A stretch of 64,000 bases of DNA from Amoebidium appalachense (Eukaryota > Protista > Ichthyosporea): contig CAVNZM010000002.1 in the NCBI GenBank assembly GCA_963693365.1, positions 14,541,615 to 14,605,614 on the forward strand. The letters run 5' to 3'. The notes under the pieces were generated by a model. That model was not told the DNA's origin and did no database searches. It saw only the letters and a list, made by a program, of their open reading frames with translations. Position numbers and translations under genes: made by a program. The first letter of the stretch is position 1. Each line of letters starts with the position of its first letter. Below, piece by piece: positions 37,273 to 63,404 of this stretch.

Positions 37273-38292
37273 ATGACGAGTCCAAACCTGGTAAGCCGTG
37301 TGGTGAGCATCATCCCAGCGCTCGAAGCGTCACTTCACAAGGGCCAGGCAGGAAGGATTGGCGTGGTGGGTGGGTGCACCGAATACACAGGGGCGCCATA
37401 CTATGCTGCAATAGCCAGCCTGAAATGTGGTGCTGATCTGTCTCATGTTTTCTGCACGGTGGGAGCTGCACCCGTTATCAAATCCTACTCCCCCGAGCTA
37501 ATCGTCCACCCATACTTACTTGAAAGTAGAGATCGAAAGGGAATGAATCCGGAAGAGTTGGCTAACGAAGCTTCAAAAGATGTGACGGCTTGGCTCTCCC
37601 GTTTGCATGCGCTCGTAATTGGGCCAGGATTAGGAAGGGATCCGGCCGTGCTCACAGCAACACGACATGTCATTAACGAGGCAAAGAAACTAAACCTACC
37701 ATTGGTGATAGATGCAGACGGGTTGTTTCTTGTCACACAGGACCCTGAGATAGTCACGGGATATGCCAGCGCAACTCTGACTCCAAACGTCGCAGAATTT
37801 GGACGACTTTATGAGAAAGTGATCGGGAAGAAACCGGATTTCGACACGAACGCAAACCCTCACGCAGCATCACGGTCGGGAGAGGCTGGGGGGGAGCAGG
37901 CAAGGAGTTTGCAGGAAAAAGCGATCGAGTTAAGTAAGGCAATGGGCAATGTTACCTTTTTGTGTAAAGGAGAGGTGGACATCATCACAAATGGAAGAGC
38001 CGCAATTACGTACTCGGCTGATGGATCCCCCCGGCGTTGTGGGGGACAGGGGGACGTGTTGGCGGGGACAACGGGCACCTTTACCCACTGGGCATTTTCG
38101 GCCCTACCAGACAATAAGTGGCCGGATGGGGTCAGTGCAAATATGATTGCGGCCCTGGGGGGGTCTATGTTGACGCGAAAATGCTCGGATATTGCCTTTG
38201 TGGAGCACGGCAGGACCATGACCGTGCCCGACATGATTGCTGCCCTGCCCAAGGCCTTTGGCAGTCTGTTCCCTGGCCGCTATCACCACTAG
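37273..38292 (+). CDS. NAXD: ATP-dependent (S)-NAD(P)H-hydrate dehydratase (CARKD, YjeF-C family), 339 aa, single coding exon
   Basis: Motifs HKGQAGRIGVVGGCTEYTGAPYYAA, IKSYSPELIVHP, GPGLGRD, VIDADG, TPNVAEF, RRCGGQGDVLAG. In-frame stop at 37255, upstream of the ATG. Confidence 0.97.
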   Translation: MTSPNLVSRVVSIIPALEASLHKGQAGRIGVVGGCTEYTGAPYYAAIASLKCGADLSHVFCTVGAAPVIKSYSPELIVHPYLLESRDRKGMNPEELANEASKDVTAWLSRLHALVIGPGLGRDPAVLTATRHVINEAKKLNLPLVIDADGLFLVTQDPEIVTGYASATLTPNVAEFGRLYEKVIGKKPDFDTNANPHAASRSGEAGGEQARSLQEKAIELSKAMGNVTFLCKGEVDIITNGRAAITYSADGSPRRCGGQGDVLAGTTGTFTHWAFSALPDNKWPDGVSANMIAALGGSMLTRKCSDIAFVEHGRTMTVPDMIAALPKAFGSLFPGRYHH

Positions 38293-38361
38293 GGTTTTTT
38301 TTTTTGGAGGGGAGGAGGGGGGGGGGGGGGGGAGGGGCGGAGGGGGGGCTCTTGTGTAAGT

Positions 38362-38392
<31 letters not shown>

Positions 38393-40147
38393 GAGGGGGG
38401 GGGGGGGAGGGGAGGGTAATAGGTAGGAAGGTGGATATTCGTGGATGTATCAACCCCAACGATTTCTGTATGTGTCCCTCCTCTTTCCCGCTTCCCGTCC
38501 AAATAAATACCCATTCTTTTCGCTTTGCGTTTTGTGTAGTGGGTTGGTGGGGTTGGGAGCATGTGTCTGTGTGTGGTGAGTGTTTAATAGGTGGGTTCTG
38601 TAGCGCGGGCTGTGTGTGTGTTTGGGGGGGGGGGGGGGGGGGGGGGGGGGAGGGGGGCTTTGGCTCTCTGTACCTTGATACAATTTGCTACCTTGGCTTG
38701 TATGGTGAATCTCACGTTGTTGGTGGTATTGTAATTTAGTTTATCATAGTTAAGAAGGATTTGAGAAGCAACTGCCAACAATCTCGCTTCAAGTTCCATA
38801 TCTGTGCTTGAATTCTTGTTCTATTTGCACGCATGTGCCACGTTAAGTGCTTGCATTTTATTATTAATGTTTATCGTGTGACACATTGATGATTAAATGT
38901 CATTGATTTTAACTGGCATTTCCCATTGGTTCAATTGCTTTCAGATGCTATATTCAAATTTTGATTCCTTGATGTGCTATGATTTATAAAATGATTTTGA
39001 AATCTACCATCCGTCATGTACAGTGCATTGTGAAGCCCATTGCAGTAGAGTGACGTTTTCATCCCCCATGGATCCCCCCCCCCCCCCCCCCCACCCCCCC
39101 ACCCCCCAACTGCAGCCCGTCCTTCACTCATCTACACATGCCCACGCACAAACACACACACGCGCGCGCGCGCACACACACACACACATCCACCCATATG
39201 ATGTGTTTTTCGCGGCAATTGCCATGCGGGCCATTGTGTCTATGTACTGTGAGCCACCCTGAGTTTGCTAAGTGCATATACTAATTTGCACTAATTAGCA
39301 ATATTCATCTCATGCATGTATACATCACACATCGAAATCATCGCGACATGTACATGTACATATGTACAAATTGGCCTGGATTCAACCCCCCCCCTTTCCC
39401 CCTCCCCCCTTCCCCCCCCGGATGCCACCGGTGGCACACACACATCACGTCACACACGTGCACCCAATGTTGCTGATTTACATCCTCCTCTTCTACGAGC
39501 ACCCCAGACACACACACAAATTAAAAACACACATGTGCACCGCGGCAGACGTACGCGAGCACACCCCTCACTCGCTCCCGATCTGGCATGCAATCGTTTT
39601 CTCGACCCTAAAAGCACCCCTCCCCCCTCCCCCCCCCCCCCCCCTCCCCCCTCCCCCTCCCCCCCCCCTCCCCCGCCACCCTCCCCCCCCCACACCCCCA
39701 CCGCTTCCCCATTCCCCGTCTTTTTCTATCTTTTTTATTTTTCGCGGTGGGTTCCGGAAGGGGGGGGGGGGGGGGGGGGAGAAAAGACATTAAGAAGAAA
39801 GTGCCTCTGATGCTTGGGATATGTAGACGCTTGACACAGAGGCTTTATTCTTTCCATACTTCATATTAGTCGTCGCACGAGCACAATGTCATGTGTGTTG
39901 CAGTTTTACGCCCGTTTTTCGTCGGTAAATGCCCAAACACAACCTATGCGTATCATTAACCAAGTATATCCATCCTTCCTGGAACCAACAGAATGCATAA
40001 GGATTAATGTACACTATCTAATATTAGCCCCCCTTTCGTCCACAGAGAAACACACCTAACAACATAAAAGGAGAGGAGGGAAAGGGAGGGAGGGCGGGAG
40101 GGAGGGACGGAGAGTAGGTGTGTGTGAGTGTGGGGTGTGTAGGGTGC

Positions 40148-40212
<65 letters not shown>

Positions 40213-40303
40213 ATATATAGAGAGAGAGATAAAAGAAACGATACACGCAAGAAAAAAAAAAAAAAAAGGGAATCAATGCCCGTGACCCAAGCAAGGGGCA
40301 GCA

Positions 40304-43456
<3,153 letters not shown>

Positions 43457-44706
43457 TTTTCGTTTTGTTCCACACCTAAGCAGGTAATGACAGAACGAAA
43501 GAAAAACGAAACTTATTCTGGCACCCGGTTTGTGTGGAAGCCATCCATATATACTCAAGGCCCCCTTGGGTGATAAGGTGGTGTTGTATATACTGTGCTT
43601 GCTGGATCACCCTAAACTCTATCTCATTTTGGTTGGCTAAAGGACATTCATTACAGTAGCCCCTGGCAATCCAAGTTATATCCATAATAAAGATGTATAT
43701 GTGCACAAAGCAACACAAAATTTTAAAAGATAAATATATACGACGTGTTCTTGCAGAAGAAATGAAAGGACTAACAGAGAACTGTGGCGTGTATATTCCT
43801 CTTTCGGACAAACGAAACTTGTAAAGGGGTTTGTGCACGTGTACTGCTACGATTGGTTCTCTGCGCACCACTTGTGGTCTAGGGAGATCTTCAGCGCTGC
43901 AAGCAACTGGTTGAAGCAGTGGTTGAAGCGCGAACACATTATGGTAGATGACAAGTACGTACTTGTCAAGTACATACACACTTAGGCGTACAACTTTCAA
44001 CTTCTTTTATGAATGCCACAGGCTTTTGCTGCAGGTGGAAGATTTTTTTGTGTGCACAACCAACTCTCCGATGATGGCCAAGCATCGGTCATGAACATGG
44101 CCATCACGCTCGACGGCTGTGTGCAGGCCACCGGCGGGTGCATGGGCATGTCACGGTGGTACACCATCTCAGATTAATCCAGCTGGCGCGGTGCCGGGTT
44201 ATCAGTTGCGAACAAAAACGAAAGCTCATTGCATGCATGTGCACATTTGTACGTACACGTGTGTGTGTGTGTGTGCACATGTACCCGTGTGTGTCTGCCC
44301 GTCTTTGATAGCCGAATCGAATGTGTTTCTGTGTGCACGTGTGTGTGTATGGACGTGTGTACACGTGTGTGTGTGTGTCTGGGGGGGGGGGGTTAGCGGA
44401 AAGCAAGGCTTGCTGTGCTTAATTTGTCACTGTAATAGTTTATTTGACATCGAGTCGATGCTGATGTGCTCGACCTACTAAGATTTTTTTAGGTTACACT
44501 GTCAAGGGTATTAGAAACCCTAGCTGAGGCCGCTTGGTTTTTCCCTCGGTTAATTATAAGGAAGGAGGAAAAAGTCCGAAGCCCGCCAGTGACTGTGCGA
44601 TTTGAACGGGAAACGGAAAAATAAAACATGAATTCTTGAATGAAGGGCTCCCCCAGGACGAAAAAGACATGGAGAGCCCCTTGGGGCAAGGGCTAATCTG
44701 AGAGGG

Positions 44707-44738
<32 letters not shown>

Positions 44739-44861
44739 ATTGCAACGGAAAAGGTAAGAGAGAGGTGATAAATAAACTTCCTCTTCCATGCTTCACAGAA
44801 AAAAACCTGTAGAAAAGCAAACATAAACAAACAATAATGCTGGCAACATTTCTTTTCTAGT

Positions 44862-54420
<9,559 letters not shown>

Positions 54421-54796
54421 CCACAGTCCAATTCTACCCCTTCCCTCCCTCCCTGAGCTTTGTTGCACACGTCAATTGAGACCACTACTGCCGGTGTTCC
54501 GAAACTTCCTGAGAATGCAGTTTGTCGTTTTCTAAAAAGAGTATCGAAAATCGAGGCTAAGAAATCACTCATTTACCTGGCAGCATCTGCTATAATATTT
54601 CAGGTAACGATGTACGCATTATATTTGCACCTAAAATTATTCCCGGCGCATACATCCAAAGGTGGACTTATTCCCGACCACCTCGATTGTGTTCCCTCCG
54701 AGGTAACTGATTGCCCATTACTCTCTCCGATGCACGACTCACGCTATTTGTGATTATTCGAACAAGCTATCACCATGTAAACAGGTGTTACGTACT

Positions 54797-54907
<111 letters not shown>

Positions 54908-55601
54908 ATAGGTATATATGCCTTGGCTGGTTCGGTGACAGCGACTATATGAATGCAAGTAATAGTAGTGATGAACGTAGTGAACGCAAACAGCGCCGCT
55001 TCAGGCCTGCGCACCGCCAAACAGATAAGCTGGTTACCCATTTCTACCCCGCTCTTTTGGAATGTAGATGGAATGCAGATGTTGTGTTGAAGTCTTCTAG
55101 GCTCGCTAAACCGTTAGTATACTATTACAGCCACCACAGCCACCCCGCCCGTACACAAACATAACACTCACTTCTTTCTCTACTTTAAATAGTTGAACTG
55201 AGTTTACGAAGCCCTTTTGGTAAACCCTGCTTGTATTGCGCACAATCACGGGCCTCGGCCGGCCAATATGGATCTATTCGGAATGTGCGAATGTTGTTTT
55301 CAATTGGTTAAATTTAGTGACACGTCACGGTGCACCGTGCACCGTGTAGGTGATGCAACGCGGCGGCTGCAGCCCAAGGCCTCCTACTGTACTCTGACGG
55401 AGGCCTTGTTGCAGCCTCTGCAGTCGCCAACCTACCCATGCCCCGGGCCCTGACCCAAACTTCATGCAAGTGTGTAACTTCTATTTTCTCGATCGAGCCC
55501 TCGAGCCCAGAAAGCGCATTTATACAGTGCGCCGGACACAGCATGGCATACTTATCCACACAACCCCCCCCCCCCCCCCCCTTCACCCTTCCAGCCGGGA
55601 A

Positions 55602-55706
<105 letters not shown>

Positions 55707-55791
55707 ACGCATACCCACACGGACACGCACACACACACACACACACGCACACACAAATTAACAAACAAACCAACACACACACACACAGACA

Positions 55792-55858
<67 letters not shown>

Positions 55859-57083
55859 GCACACGCACACACACACACACAGACACACAAACCCTCATAT
55901 AGCTCAGCCACCCAGCGAGCAAACGTGTACAATTGCAAAACCAACATCGAAAAAAACAAAAGATCGGGAGCAAAATCAATAAAAATAGAATTTTTTAAGA
56001 GGGTATATTCCTAGGCCCGGGGCCTTCGATTCCCGTAGGCTCCGTCTTTATGACGCAACTACTGTACCTGGACATCAAGACAGAGTGTGAGGTTTCAAAG
56101 GATGAGCATCCCAGAAATACCCGCCGTTGTTGCAAGCACCGACTGCTATCTCATACACCTCACAACACAACACGCACAACACATCACATTTAAGAATCGC
56201 TGCCATGCTGTGAAACGTTTCCTTGTGGTCACTGGTCACCGGCGTGGCCAACATAAGCGCCGTGCGAATTTCGTCCCGCTAGCACTGAGAGCCACACAGG
56301 TATCCACACATATTGTAGGTAGTAGATGGTATAATGTCAGGTAACAGTCAATCGTACAAACACACACAGTACTGTCAGGTACGCAGTAGTGTGTTTGTCA
56401 AGGGGCTGTAGCGTAATGGCGGGCATGATTTTACATGAGTTTGCAGGAAACAGGTTAGAGTCTGGCTGGGGGTGTAGACAGGTCGGCCCAGCACGCAGAA
56501 CCATATGGCTCGAAATCAGCAGTACTGGTTCAGCACCCTATTGCTAGCTAGAACTCAGGCTTTGTGATACCGACTCGGACAACACTTTGCATATACAGCA
56601 TGCAGCAATGACACGTCAAAATGCTTTGTGAGGCCTGCAGGTGGTAAGGGCTGTGGTCGCCTGGGCTGCACCACATGCGTTCAAAAGTACACTCAGCATT
56701 ATGTGGCTATAGGGATAAAGCCACGCAGACAGGATGCCTTTTCTCTGCTTCCCTGACTTGAGAAGTCCTCTTTCACAACATCTCTCTCAACGTGCACCAC
56801 TGAAATGCCAATGTGCACGGATCTGAGAAAACTTTCCTCTTTGCATGTGTACTTGCAACCATCCATAACAGAAACGTTAACGCTTTGTTTCGCTCGCAGC
56901 ATGCTCAACACTGTCAGCCTGCTATGCAAACGCGGTGCGTTTGACCTGATATTATTGTAGCACCCGCACATTGTTGTGCTGGAAATAACATGTTCCGTAC
57001 ACCACTGTGCATTCGCAGTTTATTTTTGAGTACAGTCTGTGTGCAACAGATATTCTAGCTTCTTTGGCTCAGAGACCAGCTTC

Positions 57084-57184
57084 AGAGACCACATCCCCGG
57101 CGCCACACAAACATCGTATCACATCACTGCACAAGAGACCACAACCCCGGCACCACACAAACATCGCTTCCCATCACTGCACAA
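57084..57184. repeat. 50-bp tandem duplication, intergenic
   Basis: agagaccaca(t/a)ccccggc(g/a)ccacacaaacatcg..catcactgcacaa at 57084 and 57134. Confidence 0.85.
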
Positions 57185-58492
57185 ACGAACAAACCGTCAC
57201 ACTCTCCTATGAATATTGTGCATCTGGCTAACTGGCTAAAGCCAAGAGAAATGCATTATGAGCTCACATTTACACGGGACGGGGTAGCCCAGCTTTACGG
57301 ACGCTGCCCGCCAAGACGGAATAAAGCAATTCCGTTTTGTTTTGTTTTTTGCCCGGTGTCACATTCGTGCAGACTCCGCAAACAAACGTGGAATGGGGGG
57401 TACCAAAAACACCATTTTCAAAAAACATGTTAAAAGGAAAAAAACATGCCCTTCATGATCATCCGCGGCACATGTCATTTACGCAATTAGATAAGAGATC
57501 ACCTCCTGAGTTTCCCTAATTTATTTTTTCTAAATTGTTTTTCTGCTAAGTATCAATAGCAAAACTTGTTGAGCTAACAGCTAAATCTTTGAATTTTTTG
57601 AGTATGAAAGCACCTAACCTGTTCAAAATTCCGTGAGTAGGGGTTTTTGTATTTTCTTCTCTGAGATATCTGTGATATCTCCGGCTTGCTTCTCTTTCAT
57701 GAGGATATCAATAAAGTCATTATATAAATAAATATATATATAAAAATTCGGAAGTTGTGAGGAGTGGTTCCCCCAATGTCTTGATGACTAGGTGATCGCG
57801 ATGCATACCAGGAGTCAAAATAGGGACATCCTATTGGATTAAGACTTGACCCCCGGATAACCAACAAACACCGACTTCTCCGATTGGCGCAACAAGTGGC
57901 TACGGGAGAAAATTAAATTCGTCTATGGAGTTTGCATTCGATAGAGCGTTAAAACGACTCTAAGCGGTAACATTGCGAATCTTAATGCTAATTTTTAAAT
58001 CATGCATTTTTTCGGCCATGAGAACCGTGGCCGAGGGCGATCCGTCACCTTGGTCCCTAGACAAGATGCAATAAACACGGTAGCTATGTGACGGTCTCTT
58101 CTTGCGCCCATGATATATAGAGTGTGGGTATAATAGGAAAAGGTAAAGCATTCTGTTTCCAACATTTTATCAAGATAAGAGTTATTTATTGATTTACTTG
58201 TACAAGAAAAGACATCCTTTGATCATTACCTAGCTATGGACAGTCACAGCTGAAAATCATTGCGGCACAAAGTTTTAACGCTTGCTGGCATCTTATCCTC
58301 GGATATTGTCCTACAAAACGCTGTGACGGTCATCACAGAGAGGACGGGCTAAGTCTCACTGAATAGCAGACTTGTTTATTCCTACGCTCAAACAAAAACT
58401 CCCAAACCTCCGGGCGTTAGAGCCCTACTTATCTACCACGTGTTCCCCATTAGGAAAACAAGCCCCACAACGTCCCATTAGTGAAGATCAAA

Positions 58493-59434
58493 ATGGCACC
58501 CAAGAACCTCTTGTTCATCACTGCTGCAGCCCTCGCAGTGGCTGCTGTGTCCGCTCGCAATGTTCCCAGCGAGTACGAGCTGAAGTATCCAGGAGCTGTT
58601 CGTAAATATGCTCTTTCCTCTGGTTTCGACCCCTCTGCAAAGCTACGAAAGAGCTACAACGATTACTACGAGAACGAGGAAAAGGGCGTCCGTGGGGATT
58701 ATGATTACGACGAAGAAGTGAAGGATGGCTACTATGGTGACGAAGACGACCTGGAAGCGAAGGATGATGAGTGGGAGGACAAGTCAAAGTACCGCTTCCT
58801 GAAGGGCGGGAATTACGATGACGAGACGTACGAGGAGAAGGACTACGACGAAGACGATATCGAGGAAAAGGACTATGACGAAGACGATACCGAGGAAAAG
58901 GACTACGACGAGGATGATTACGAGGAGAAGGATTATGGCGACGATGATACCGAGGAAAAAAATTACGATGACGAGGATGACACCGAGGGAAAGGACTACG
59001 ATGAGGACGATACCGAGGAAAAAGACGATGATGAGGAAGTTGTTGCTCCCGAAGAAAAGTACGGCACACACAAATCGCACCAAGTCACCCTTCCGGAGGG
59101 ACGGGCAATCTTAAAGTCGGACGAGACCACTGCGCCCGAACAGAAGATTCTGTCACCACCCGCTAAGGATGCAAGCCAACCGGAGGTTAAGGCACAGGAG
59201 CCTGCACCGGAGGTTAAGGTGGCCGCAAGCGCAGTTCAGGCAGAGGCTGCACCTGAGAATGCCGCGTCGTCCACGGCCATGACACCAGCTACGATTGGGA
59301 TGATTGTCGGCGTGTCGGTGGCAGGTGTTGCCTTGGTGGCAGGGGTGATTGGTGTGGTTGTGAGCCGGTCGTCAAAGAAGAAGAAGCACCCACTGATCCC
59401 TAGCAATGACCGTGAGCGTGGGGAGTCTTTGTAA
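58493..59434 (+). CDS. Type I membrane protein with an extracellular acidic (EEKDYDEDD[T/I/Y])n repeat, 313 aa, single coding exon
   Basis: Signal peptide MAPKNLLFITAAALAVAAVSA; about seven 10-aa repeats (58832-59037) with synonymous codon variation; Ala/Pro/Glu stalk; TM IGMIVGVSVAGVALVAGVIGVVV; KKKK stop-transfer; short tail ending GESL. Confidence 0.9.
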   Translation: MAPKNLLFITAAALAVAAVSARNVPSEYELKYPGAVRKYALSSGFDPSAKLRKSYNDYYENEEKGVRGDYDYDEEVKDGYYGDEDDLEAKDDEWEDKSKYRFLKGGNYDDETYEEKDYDEDDIEEKDYDEDDTEEKDYDEDDYEEKDYGDDDTEEKNYDDEDDTEGKDYDEDDTEEKDDDEEVVAPEEKYGTHKSHQVTLPEGRAILKSDETTAPEQKILSPPAKDASQPEVKAQEPAPEVKVAASAVQAEAAPENAASSTAMTPATIGMIVGVSVAGVALVAGVIGVVVSRSSKKKKHPLIPSNDRERGESL

Positions 59435-60857
59435 GGAATTGTATTGGTGGTGCGTCTGTACTTAGTGTGGATAGGTGTTTGTGGGAACGGTTCTGGTTTG
59501 CATGTTGAGATATGAGGTGTTAACAAAATGTTGTTGTTTATTTTTTTTCTTTTTTTTTTTTTTTTTTTTTTTTAATTTTTTTTATAGCTATTATGGTAGT
59601 ATTGTCAGTTAGTCTTTTGCGCATGGATTGGGAACAAGCCAAAACTCAGAGGTATTACACACATTACTTCACATATATCATTATGTCTTTCGCTGTTCCG
59701 AGAAGAATCTTGCGTCATTTACCATTTTTGCGCTGCGTTCGTTTAAGGTAGAACTTATCTTGGGGTGGGTGTGCTCGGTCACACCCGGGTAGCAAACAAT
59801 ATTTACCTGTGGTGGACGTATTGCACATGATGATCGGCTCCCCATTGCACAGGATGATCGGCTCCCCAAGGTGCTGCCACCATATTCATCGACTGAAATA
59901 AAAACCCAAACAAAAACGAACCAGCGAAAAAAGAAAAAAAAAAAAGCGGGGATGGTTGCAGGTGCTTTCTTCTTCCCGGCTTCATGATGATTGTGTACGT
60001 ACATATGTGTTTCATGTGCAGGAAGCTTTCAGTGCGCATAAGTGCATGTTTGTTATTGTGTGATAGTGTTTGTGCTTCACAATGATGATTTGCGGAACCA
60101 TACATGGGCGCAGTAATACATGTAGTGAAACGAGCGATTGGATGGCAGTTTCATAGCATTTCACGTTTAAGGTAAAAGGATAGCCGTATGCGTGTGGGAA
60201 CAATGTCCTAGACACCAGCGGTGGTGCGTATTTACAAGGGTCGCAATGACTAATATACTAATATATTCGTGCATGTTTGTATTGGGTGCGTGCAGATGGT
60301 ACACAAATTCTTCAAATTATAAACGCTTGCGTCCATACTGGTGTTTGTTTGTGGAAATATGGGTGACTGATATTTTGCCCACTAGAACAGGTATATATGG
60401 GTATGTGCAGATTTCGTTTATACATGATTGCGCAAGTTCTGTGTGTGCACCTGAGAGTGTGCGTGTTGGCACTCGACGTGGTGCCACAGTGTGTGTGTGT
60501 GTGTGTGCGCGCGCGCGCGTGCGCGCCGTGCGCGCGTGTGTGCGAGTGTGCGAGTGTGCGAGTGTGTGCGTGTGTGCGTGAGCGTGTGTGCGTACGTGTG
60601 TGTGCATGTGTGCGCATGTGTGCGCATGTGTGTGTCTGTACATGGGTGTGCATGCCCCTACACGTTTTTCTTGTGTGCTGTGCATGCGTGCGAGGGCGGC
60701 GTGCATGTATGTGCATGTGTGTGTATGCCCGTGCTTGTGTGCGTGTGTACGTGTTGCGTGCATGCCCGTGCGTGTGTGCGCGTGTCACACGTGTGTGCAT
60801 ATGTGCATGCCCCCAGGTCCTCCCTTTCCGGGGCCCCCCTTACCCCCCCCCCCCCCG

Positions 60858-60898
<41 letters not shown>

Positions 60899-61419
60899 TG
60901 TAGCTACTTGTCATTTGATCTAGGACAAATAGAGAAAAGCCGTGTGGGGTTTATTACTGCTATATCAGTCGACTCATATATCTGAATTTTGCTGCATCCT
61001 GTTCGTTTATAGTAAAACTTTGCATTTCAATGATTCGTGGGTGGTGCGATACATCTAACCCCAGAAACTGATTCTTGATTGGTGGAAAATCAGATTCTTG
61101 GTGCCAACATACTGTCATTGAATAAACGGTCCCAGTGTTTACAACCACTCCAAGAGCCTTCAGTGTACCTCTCTCCATCCTCCAAACCAGATAAAAAGTC
61201 CACTCACGGGAGCCAATGAAAAGCCGAGTTTAACGCTCTAGTGGTCACACCACCGGTCATATACCTTCTGTAACCCGTTGTTCTTCTCTGGCTCCACGCA
61301 GGTGCACGTAACTCTCAGTCTCAATTGAAGCTATTTTCGTAAAACACATTTACCGGAAACAACCGGTGGCCTGAGGTAAAAAAAAAACAAAAACATGAAA
61401 TTTCTTGCTGGGGGGTTTT

Positions 61420-61745
61420 TCACTGCATGGCGATGCCGCCGTTGACCTGCAGGTTCTGGCCGGTGATCCAGCGGGCCTTGGGGGTGCACAGGAACGTGAT
61501 GACGTCAGCAACGTCGTCCGGCTTGCCTAGTCGGCCCAGGGGTGTGCGCTTGACGATCTTCTCTGCATCTTCCTGCTCCTATTTATTTATGTTATGAATT
61601 TTTTATTTTATTGATTTATTTTTTGAAGGCCGTCGGGCGAGGGAGGGGCGGAGAAGCGAAGGAGGTCAGGCACAGGTAGGGGGTGAGGGTCAAAGGCGTG
61701 GCTGAAGAGGGAAAAATATAAAGGTTGGAGAGCTGAGGAGGGGAA

Positions 61746-61782
<37 letters not shown>

Positions 61783-62394
61783 GAAAGGGGGGGGAAACAG
61801 GGGGAAAACAAACAGAACCACATAAGCCAAGATCTCTGCGCACTCAACAACTTTGTGAATTTTCCTTAAGGTAAAAGTTGTCAATCGCAAATGCAAAACA
61901 AAAAGCCCACTACTCTCAGATATGTTGGACGCCCTTTAACTGTGTCACCCCACCAAGCAATCAAAAAACAAACACGGACCTGTGTGCTCTGGAACATGCC
62001 GGTGTCCACGGGCCCTGGTGAGACAGTGTTGACGGTGATGCCTGGTGGCGGATGTGTGTTGTACAGTGTGAGTACATACCTAAGGATCATATAACTTAAA
62101 GCGGAAGAGGGTTTGGGGGACATGGGAGGGAAGGGGAGGGAGAGGGGAGGATGGGGGCCGAAAGAAGCTCTAGAAAGCTGCGAGGGATAACTTGAATTAA
62201 ATTACTAAGTTGACTTGTCAACGAGGACTCGTCTGAGGGTGCTATTGTATTAGAAATGGGTAGAGGGGGGGGGGGGGTTCAAGGTGCGTGTGTGCGTGAG
62301 GGGTGCTATGGTGGGGGCAGGGGGGGAGAGGCGGGGGCCCAGGGAGGGGGGAGGGGGGGGGGGAGGGAGGGGAGCTGCGTGCACAGTTTTTTTT

Positions 62395-62437
<43 letters not shown>

Positions 62438-62693
62438 GGGGGAGGGGGGGGGGGGAGGGCAGGGCGGGGTTTGCACGTACCCTTTGAGCCGACCTCCTTT
62501 GCCAGGGCCTTTGTCAGCTGCTCGACTGCCCCCTTTGCTGCCGTGTAGAGGCCCCAGGCAACGTGGGGCTGGATGGTGAGTGAGGCACCCATGTTGATGA
62601 TCCGCCCTCCCTCCGGCATGTGCTGGCGTGAAGAAAGAGTTACTGACTTGAACGAAAATTTGCCACGTTTTGGGAGAAACAAATTGCGGGGCA

Positions 62694-62731
<38 letters not shown>

Positions 62732-62742
62732 CCGTTTGAAGG

Positions 62743-62781
<39 letters not shown>

Positions 62782-63102
62782 TAGATATATCATGATAAAT
62801 ATTTGGTTCCACTTCTGAGTTTCTGGTTCGCTGTACCATTGCAATTCTCCGGAAGTGCTCCGTGACGTAATATGTGCCAGAGAAGGTGTGTAGCTTTGTA
62901 GACACAAGCACTTATGTGTACATGCATAAAAATATAAGCAAGCCTGGAAGGGCTGGGCCAGAATTCGAAAAACCCTTACGGCGAGGGAGGGAGTGTTTAC
63001 ACAGAAAAGGCCCCTGTGACGAAGAGGGAGCCTCGGTTGTTGGAATGGGTTGAATACATGTGCGCGCACGTGTATGCGACGGCCCCCGTGGGGGCGGGGG
63101 GG

Positions 63103-63144
<42 letters not shown>

Positions 63145-63404
63145 ACGTGGGGAGGGGGGGCGGAAGGTGGGGAGGGGGGGGGGGGGGGGGGGGGGTCAGG
63201 ATGTACCTTGATGACCTCCTTGCAGAGGAAGAAGGGGCCCTTGACGTCGGTGGCAAACATGCGGTCAAAGTCGGCCTCGGTCAGCTCGGCCACGGTCTTG
63301 TGCACAACGTCCCCGGCACAATTGACCAGAATGTCGATGTGCTGGGGCTCCTCCCCGCACAGGTTCAGCGTCCTGCCCATCAGACCGGGTTTGATACCGT
63401 ATAC
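61420..63404 (-). CDS. Short-chain dehydrogenase/reductase (FabG-like classical SDR), 3' four exons; N-terminus beyond the window
   Basis: Exons about 63404-63207 (acceptor uncertain), 62622-62481, 62041-61980, 61578-61420. Motifs IDILVNCAG, GRIIN, YTAAK, GITVNTVSPGPVDTGM, TPLGRLGKPDDVA, WITGQNLQVNGG. Confidence 0.92.

Noticed and set aside
43476-44000. 174-aa minus-strand ORF upstream of the small membrane-protein gene
   Set aside because: TTG start, no recognisable motif, and located in a probable promoter/5'UTR; treated as chance.
56402-56470. tRNA-like string (GGGGCTGTAGCGTAATGG...GGTTAGAGTC)
   Set aside because: A- and B-box resemblance only; no acceptor-stem complement and no proper cloverleaf. 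At best a decayed SINE head.
59822-59896. Possible C/D box snoRNA (ATGATGA...CTGA) over a 24-nt tandem duplication
   Set aside because: No terminal stem and only about 8 nt of rRNA complementarity; the duplication explains the pattern.
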